From an uncultured virus (IMG/VR IMGVR_UViG_3300030101_002968) (taxonomy: Duplodnaviria > Heunggongvirae > Uroviricota > Caudoviricetes): a DNA stretch of 64,000 nucleotides. The notes below the pieces were generated by a model. The model was not told the DNA's origin. It was given only the letters and a program-made list of their open reading frames with translations, and made no database searches. The DNA is taken from positions 1 through 64,000 of IMG/VR virus record IMGVR_UViG_3300030101_002968; one strand, written 5' to 3'. How positions within the stretch are numbered: the first letter of the stretch is position 1; each line of letters opens with the position of its first letter. Position numbers and translations under genes: made by a program. Shown here piece after piece: positions 59,645-64,000 of the stretch.

Positions 59645-60085
59645 TTATCTGTTTTTGTCTTTAATCATATCGTCAATAGCTTTATTATAAACTTTATCAG
59701 TGTATGATCGGTTATTAAAAAATACACTTCTTTCTGAAAAAGGTAAATCTTCTTCTGCCAGAAGTATTCTATACAATCTGCTAATGAGTTGAGAACATTT
59801 AAACGATGTTTTAAAAACAGAGTATTTAATAGTAGTTCTATTACGATGTCTCCATGTTTCAATCCAACCGTCTCTTCTCAATCTCTCCCACCTGTTTTTA
59901 TCCCACGAATACGTATACGTACCGTCGATAAACTCTTTACGTGTGAATCTACCTTTACAATCAAGGTATATTAACAACTCTAAGTCTGCGTCTTTTAAAC
60001 TATATGTTTTACAAGCCCATTTACGCACAAGCCTGTAATATTTTAAAAGATTAATATCTCTAAGATCTTGCGCTGTTAGCTTCAT
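59645..60085 (-). CDS. Putative winged-helix DNA-binding protein
   Basis: LKDADLELLIYL...F.....W...RWERLRRDGWI pattern resembles MarR-like wHTH. Confidence 0.5.
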   Translation of the reverse strand: MKLTAQDLRDINLLKYYRLVRKWACKTYSLKDADLELLIYLDCKGRFTRKEFIDGTYTYSWDKNRWERLRRDGWIETWRHRNRTTIKYSVFKTSFKCSQLISRLYRILLAEEDLPFSERSVFFNNRSYTDKVYNKAIDDMIKDKNR

Positions 60086-60339
60086 TCAACTACAACAATA
60101 TCTCTTATAGTTATTACATAATACATTTGATCTTTATGATCTATACCAAAACCAGCGTGTTTGTCATATCTTACAATATCTCCTTCGCTTAAACCTTCTA
60201 CAAGGTTTCCACAAGATATAACCTTTGCTCTTAAGTACCTATTGTCAGTGTCTGTATTTTCTGTTAATAACAAGCCAGACTCAGTTTTTCTTTCTTCTTT
60301 TAGCTTGTCAACTATTACAAAATTATTTATCGCCCTCAT
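60082..60339 (-). CDS. groES: Co-chaperonin GroES
   Basis: KTESGLLL mobile loop, AKVISCG and EGDIVRY.K; adjacent to groEL. Confidence 0.9.
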   Translation of the reverse strand: MRAINNFVIVDKLKEERKTESGLLLTENTDTDNRYLRAKVISCGNLVEGLSEGDIVRYDKHAGFGIDHKDQMYYVITIRDIVVVE

Positions 60340-61897
60340 CTAGTCTCATATTTGAAATTACACAATCTGCAGAAACAATAGTTGATACTACACTCACTGC
60401 ATTTTTGAGCGCCGATTTTGTAACCAAAACCGGATCTATAATACCACAATCAATCATATTAACTTTTTCACCAGTTACAACATCAATACCTTTACCTTGT
60501 GTGTTAACCATATTAGGTCTTTCAATACCGGCATTGTCTAATATTGTTATGTAAGGTGAAACTATAGATTTTAATAATATTTCTTCACCCACCGCGTCAG
60601 CGGTGATTTTTGTAGAAGCATCTAACAAAGCTACACCACCACCTGATACTATACCTTCTTTCAAAGCAGCTTTAGTAGCGTATATTGCATCTTCTACTCT
60701 ATCTTTCTTTTCTTTTAATTCTACTTTAGAATTAGCACCCACTTTGATGATTCCAACACTACCCGATAACATAGACAGTCTTTGTTCCAGTTTTTTCTTA
60801 ATGAAACCATTTTTTTCGTTAGAAATGAGTTTTGATACGTGTTTGATTCTTTCGGGTAAAGCCTGTTGAACATCATCTATTGTGGTTATTACTGTTGTTT
60901 TTTCTTCTGTAACAGACAAAGCAGCTTCACCTAAGTGTTCTGGTGATATAAGGTCTAAATCATCACCAAGTTGTTCATCTATTACTGTTGCACCTGTTAG
61001 TACAGCTAAATCTTCACATGTATTTCTTTTAGTAGGACCAAAGCCTGGTAAGTCAACCACATTAACTTTTATGTTACCTTTCACTTTGTTTGTTAGCAAA
61101 GCTGCTTTTACCTGCTGAGCAACTGGCGCTACTATTAATAAAGATCTGTTTTTCTTTATAACATGCTCTAAAACGTTTTGTATACGTCTTATATTTGGTA
61201 TTTCACTGTAAACTATTAGTACATGTGGGTTATCTAGCTCACATTTGTGTTTTTCTGTGTTTGTTACCCAATGTGGTGATGTTAAACCAACATCTAACTG
61301 CACACCTTCAACAACATCTACATAAGTTTCGTTAGTTTCGCTCTCTTCCATAAAAACTACGCCGTTTTTACCAACTTTTGAGTATGCTTCTGCTATAATT
61401 TTGCCAAGTTCTGCGTCATTATTGCAAGATATTGTGCTTACGGCGTTCAAAAGATCATCTTTAACGTCTATTTTAACACTATTTAAGTAATTATTGACTT
61501 TTTCTAGTCCAGAATTAAGACCTTGTTTAATTTCTCTTATAGAAACGTCTTTATAAGTGTCACTATTTATAGTTTTTATTAGTGATTCAGCAAGGACAGT
61601 AGCCGTAGTGGTACCGTCACCTGCTTCTCTCACTGTATTTTGCGCAGCTTCTTTAATTAAAGTTGCACCTATGTTTTCAACCGGATCATATAAGACTACG
61701 CTTTGCGCCACGGTTACACCATCTTTTGTTATGACCGGTTTGCCGCGTCCATCTTCGTACACTACGCACTTACCAGAAGCGCCTAACGTGGACTTTACGG
61801 CTTTAGCTAGCTTTTCCACACCAGCAATTACTTTTTTCTTAGCGTCATTGCCAAAGTCTAACGACTTAACAATCTCGCTAGGGTTGTTATATTCCAT
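60323..61897 (-). CDS. groEL: Chaperonin GroEL
   Basis: ITKDGVTVA, AGDGTTTATVLA, EKKDRVEDA..AT.AA..EGIV.GGG and GIIDP motifs. Confidence 0.97.
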   Translation of the reverse strand: MEYNNPSEIVKSLDFGNDAKKKVIAGVEKLAKAVKSTLGASGKCVVYEDGRGKPVITKDGVTVAQSVVLYDPVENIGATLIKEAAQNTVREAGDGTTTATVLAESLIKTINSDTYKDVSIREIKQGLNSGLEKVNNYLNSVKIDVKDDLLNAVSTISCNNDAELGKIIAEAYSKVGKNGVVFMEESETNETYVDVVEGVQLDVGLTSPHWVTNTEKHKCELDNPHVLIVYSEIPNIRRIQNVLEHVIKKNRSLLIVAPVAQQVKAALLTNKVKGNIKVNVVDLPGFGPTKRNTCEDLAVLTGATVIDEQLGDDLDLISPEHLGEAALSVTEEKTTVITTIDDVQQALPERIKHVSKLISNEKNGFIKKKLEQRLSMLSGSVGIIKVGANSKVELKEKKDRVEDAIYATKAALKEGIVSGGGVALLDASTKITADAVGEEILLKSIVSPYITILDNAGIERPNMVNTQGKGIDVVTGEKVNMIDCGIIDPVLVTKSALKNAVSVVSTIVSADCVISNMRLDEGDK

Positions 61898-61929
61898 ATT
61901 AAATTTAATTTGATTTGATTAGTTATTGA

Positions 61930-62223
61930 TTATTCAAAAGTTTTTACAACCTTTGGGCCTTTTGATGCCTCTAACTTTTTTGAGAAGTGGTCGATGCTTC
62001 CGTCAATTGCTGCTTCTGCACCTTCTATGGTTTCTCGTCTAGTTACGTCGTGCCATGTATTATCTTTTACATGTTTGCACTCTGTTTGGTAATATCCATT
62101 TGGCAGTTGTACTATTCTCCAGTTGCTTTTAGCAGCTAAGTGTTTCCATTGCTCAATTGTTTCATTACTCGGTTTTTGGTTGCCAGTAGTTAATGTACTG
62201 GTCTTGTAGTATAAATAAGTCAT
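61930..62223 (-). CDS. Hypothetical protein
   Basis: 97-aa ORF with A-rich leader. Confidence 0.75.
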   Translation of the reverse strand: MTYLYYKTSTLTTGNQKPSNETIEQWKHLAAKSNWRIVQLPNGYYQTECKHVKDNTWHDVTRRETIEGAEAAIDGSIDHFSKKLEASKGPKVVKTFE

Positions 62224-62270
62224 TTTGGTTTTATTTTTTGGTTAATATTGACTTGGTCTAGGGTGTCTCC

Positions 62271-62396
62271 CTATTTTTTCTTAGGCTTTGTGTGTCCGTA
62301 GCCTTTTTTCTTTAGCTCTAAATGTTTCTTATGAGTTCTAGCCATTATAGCACTTTTACCCTTGTACATCATATGAGGTTTAAATTTCTTTTTCAT
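62271..62396 (-). CDS. 41-aa Lys/His-rich peptide (MKKKFKPHMMYKG...)
   Basis: ATGA overlap with the upstream gene's stop. Confidence 0.65.
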   Translation of the reverse strand: MKKKFKPHMMYKGKSAIMARTHKKHLELKKKGYGHTKPKKK

Positions 62397-62635
62397 CTTT
62401 TTTTCTTTTCTTTTTTAGTTCCTTTGCCGTCGTTACCTCTGTTTTTCTTTACAGATTTAAACTTTTTATCTTTGTGATCGTAATCTTTACCTTTTATGTT
62501 TTTACCTGCTTTTTTAGCAGCTCTACGCTTTCTTTGGTTTTCGGCACGCATCTTTTCACGCCTGCGAGAGTTTGCAGCTTTTAGATCTCTTCTTTTTTTA
62601 GATGCCTTTGCTTTCTTTGATAGTTTCTGTGCCAT
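62393..62635 (-). CDS. Basic protein with degenerate HNH-like motif
   Basis: First gene of the late arm; KGKDYDHK...KKNRGN. Confidence 0.6.
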   Translation of the reverse strand: MAQKLSKKAKASKKRRDLKAANSRRREKMRAENQRKRRAAKKAGKNIKGKDYDHKDKKFKSVKKNRGNDGKGTKKEKKKR

Positions 62636-62638
62636 AGC

Positions 62639-62650
62639 TATATTATTACA
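62639..62650 (-). promoter_or_regulatory. Putative late-promoter motif (TGTAATAATATA)
   Basis: Related copies at 46991-47002, 37331-37343, 26501-26513 and 8080-8092, all intergenic and upstream of minus-strand genes. Confidence 0.55.
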
Positions 62651-62672
62651 TAGTAAAGCGAAAAGTTAAAAG

Positions 62673-62816
62673 TGTGACACTAGGTAGTTACTAAGTATAT
62701 TTTATAGGCTAATGTCACAAAAAAAGCATTATAAATATAGGGGTATAGTGTTACCCCCTATGTTATTGATTATCAATCATTTACAAAACTGTTTACGTTT
62801 AGCCGGGGCCCCCCTC
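62673..62816. repeat. Cluster of inverted repeats/palindromes at the strand switch
   Basis: TGTGACACTAG/CTAATGTCACA; TAGGGGTA/TACCCCCTA; ATTGAT-T-ATCAAT; GGGGCCCC. Confidence 0.7.
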
Positions 62817-62878
62817 GTTTAAACATAATATTTTAAATTTTTTACATTTTTATATATTTTTATAATGACTATTTTTTT

Positions 62879-62910
62879 TACAAACTAAATACATACGTAT
62901 ATAGATAATA
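62879..62910 (+). promoter_or_regulatory. Bipartite motif copy 1 (putative early promoter)
   Basis: TACAAACTAAATAC-N10-AGATAATA. Confidence 0.7.
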
Positions 62911-63003
62911 ATAATGTAAATAAAATATAAAATAATTACAAAATGAGAGAAGTCGCGGAATATATACTAACTAAAATTTATAACTAAACAAAGTATATAC
63001 TTT

Positions 63004-63035
63004 TACAATGTAAATACGACACTCAAAAGATAATA
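63004..63035 (+). promoter_or_regulatory. Bipartite motif copy 2 (putative early promoter)
   Basis: TACAATGTAAATAC-N10-AGATAATA, upstream of ORF 63068. Confidence 0.75.
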
Positions 63036-63067
63036 TAATCAAACAATGTATAACTAATAAATATAAT

Positions 63068-63289
63068 ATGAAATTAAATAGTAAAAGATTTGTAATAAGA
63101 AAATCTCTAATCGGTAAAAACGCAGTAATAACAGTTAACTTCACAAATGGCAAAAGTGCTACTTATAATCACGACAAAGTGTACGAAGTTATGAAAGACA
63201 AACTCGAGCAAATGAATTGCTTCGCAAAGTACAAGTCATATACTGCTTCTAACAATGTACCAGTAATTGCTCGTCCAATTTGCGAGTAG
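63068..63289 (+). CDS. Early hypothetical protein
   Basis: 73 aa; first substantial ORF of the + arm. Confidence 0.8.
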   Translation: MKLNSKRFVIRKSLIGKNAVITVNFTNGKSATYNHDKVYEVMKDKLEQMNCFAKYKSYTASNNVPVIARPICE

Positions 63290-63298
63290 TAAAATCAA

Positions 63299-63390
63299 AG
63301 TCGTAGTTCCACTTGTTTAGCGACTATAAACAATACGAATGAGTACAGTAGTCATGGTGCCGAGGTGTGTTCGATTCACACGCTACTACA
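63299..63390 (+). ncRNA. Candidate structured RNA: pseudoknot plus tRNA-like mini domain
   Basis: AGTCG/CGACT and ACTTGTTT/GAATGAGT pairings; GTGTG-TTCGATT-CACAC T-arm closed by AGTAGT/GCTACT. Confidence 0.45.
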
Positions 63391-63484
63391 AAAATATGTA
63401 ATATGAGTAGACAAATGAAAATGACACCTTTTTTAATAAAGTTGTTAAAAGAAAAACAAAGTAAAACTAATAGAATTAAATAAT

Positions 63485-63610
63485 ATGATAGTAAGAAAAG
63501 TAGGTGGACTATGGATAGTTCAAGCAAAAACAAGTCAACAAATAGTATTCTCACACAAGTCAAGAATGGCGTGTTACGAGTGGATGTTTAAAGATGTACA
63601 CTATGCGTAA
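63485..63610 (+). CDS. 41-aa hypothetical protein (MIVRKVGGLWIVQAK...)
   Basis: Part of a tiled chain of micro-ORFs. Confidence 0.5.
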   Translation: MIVRKVGGLWIVQAKTSQQIVFSHKSRMACYEWMFKDVHYA

Positions 63611-63670
63611 AGTAACAGATAACTATACAGCAGAAGTAATAATATTGTTAGTAATATTACTAATGATTTT

Positions 63671-63702
63671 TACAAAATAAAAACAACTAGAGTTAGATAA
63701 TA
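63671..63702 (+). promoter_or_regulatory. Bipartite motif copy 3 (putative early promoter)
   Basis: TACAAAATAAAAAC-N10-AGATAATA, upstream of ORF 63718. Confidence 0.75.
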
Positions 63703-63717
63703 TAATAAAATTACAAT

Positions 63718-63891
63718 ATGAATAAAATAAAATTCCTTAAAAACAATAAAATTAAACTAAATACTACAACTTATAAACCATACACTATTTGTCAACTCGC
63801 CGACACTAAATTCGGCTTAACTGACACTGACGGTAATTCTTATATCACTGAATGGTTTAACTACAAAGGCTTCACTTATGTCGCAGAATAA
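63718..63891 (+). CDS. 57-aa early hypothetical protein (MNKIKFLKNNKI...WFNYKGFTYVAE)
   Basis: Just under the ORF-track cut-off; directly after motif copy 3. Confidence 0.65.
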   Translation: MNKIKFLKNNKIKLNTTTYKPYTICQLADTKFGLTDTDGNSYITEWFNYKGFTYVAE

Positions 63892-64000
63892 ATTACACTT
63901 AACAATAACAAAATCAGGCGATAGTTACTGCGTAGAAATGCGAGACCACTACTGCAACTACTGTTGTGTATACGAGCCAAGTGTAAAACTAGCAATGATG

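Larger units (their letters stand above)
1..64000. mobile_element. Tailed dsDNA bacteriophage genome segment (podovirus-like, probable Bacteroidota host)
   Basis: Terminase, portal, capsid, tail fibre, primase-helicase, endolysin and holin genes in two tightly packed arms; no host housekeeping genes or integrase seen. Confidence 0.97.

Noticed and set aside
8576..61913. Numerous + strand ORFs opposite late genes (e.g. 41483-41917, 53128-53640, 57154-57558)
   Set aside because: Antisense shadows of well-supported genes, with Ser/Leu/Phe-rich composition and no motifs.
63287..63344. Pseudoknot-stimulated stop-codon readthrough of ORF 63068
   Set aside because: The TAG is immediately followed by an in-frame TAA.
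63347..63390. Canonical tRNA gene
   Set aside because: Only ~41 nt between the acceptor strands and no anticodon arm; kept as a tRNA-like candidate only.
62879..63702. CRISPR or mini-array reading of the repeated motif
   Set aside because: Copies are degenerate with variable centres and irregular spacing (125 and 667 bp); no cas genes.
63915..63965. Small hairpin CGTA-GAAA-TGCG with flanking TAGTT/AACTA as a possible ribozyme
   Set aside because: No hammerhead, twister or pistol core was recognised; stems are short and the context is cut by the window edge.
1..64000. Stop-codon reassignment
   Set aside because: Genes are full length and tile the window under the standard code; TAG and TGA both serve as real stops.
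1..64000. Integrated prophage
   Set aside because: No integrase, repressor pair, att-like junction or flanking host genes in the window.

Overview
The whole 64 kb window is a gene-dense, AT-rich part of a tailed phage genome with podovirus-type morphogenesis genes. The host is most likely a marine Bacteroidota (Flavobacteriia) bacterium. This is inferred from A-rich leaders without Shine-Dalgarno sequences, signal peptides followed by Gln, a type IX secretion-like C-terminal domain and a Bacteroidota-type Hc1 protein. Layout: (i) 1-7967 (+): replication and nucleotide genes (exonuclease, SSB-like protein, primase-helicase, a thymidylate-synthase-fold enzyme with the dCMP-specific signature, MazG-like pyrophosphatases, T7 endonuclease I-like resolvase, class II RNR) and a few membrane or host-interaction genes, ending at a bidirectional terminator. 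(ii) ~8000-62635 (-): a long late arm with GroEL/GroES, holin, tail fibres, terminase, portal, scaffold, major capsid, ring and nozzle proteins, three putative ejected proteins including a 3366-aa multidomain protein, a cluster of exported envelope proteins, a run of tiny basic peptides and an M15 endolysin. (iii) 62636-64000: a divergent control region with inverted repeats, three copies of a bipartite motif, a candidate structured RNA and micro-ORFs. Main leads: a sigma-region-2-like segment in the giant virion protein alongside a non-host promoter-like motif upstream of early genes; a phage-encoded T9SS-like cargo within an envelope module; probable cytosine modification; and a pseudoknot plus tRNA-like mini element. 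All calls come from reading motifs by eye; no database search was run.
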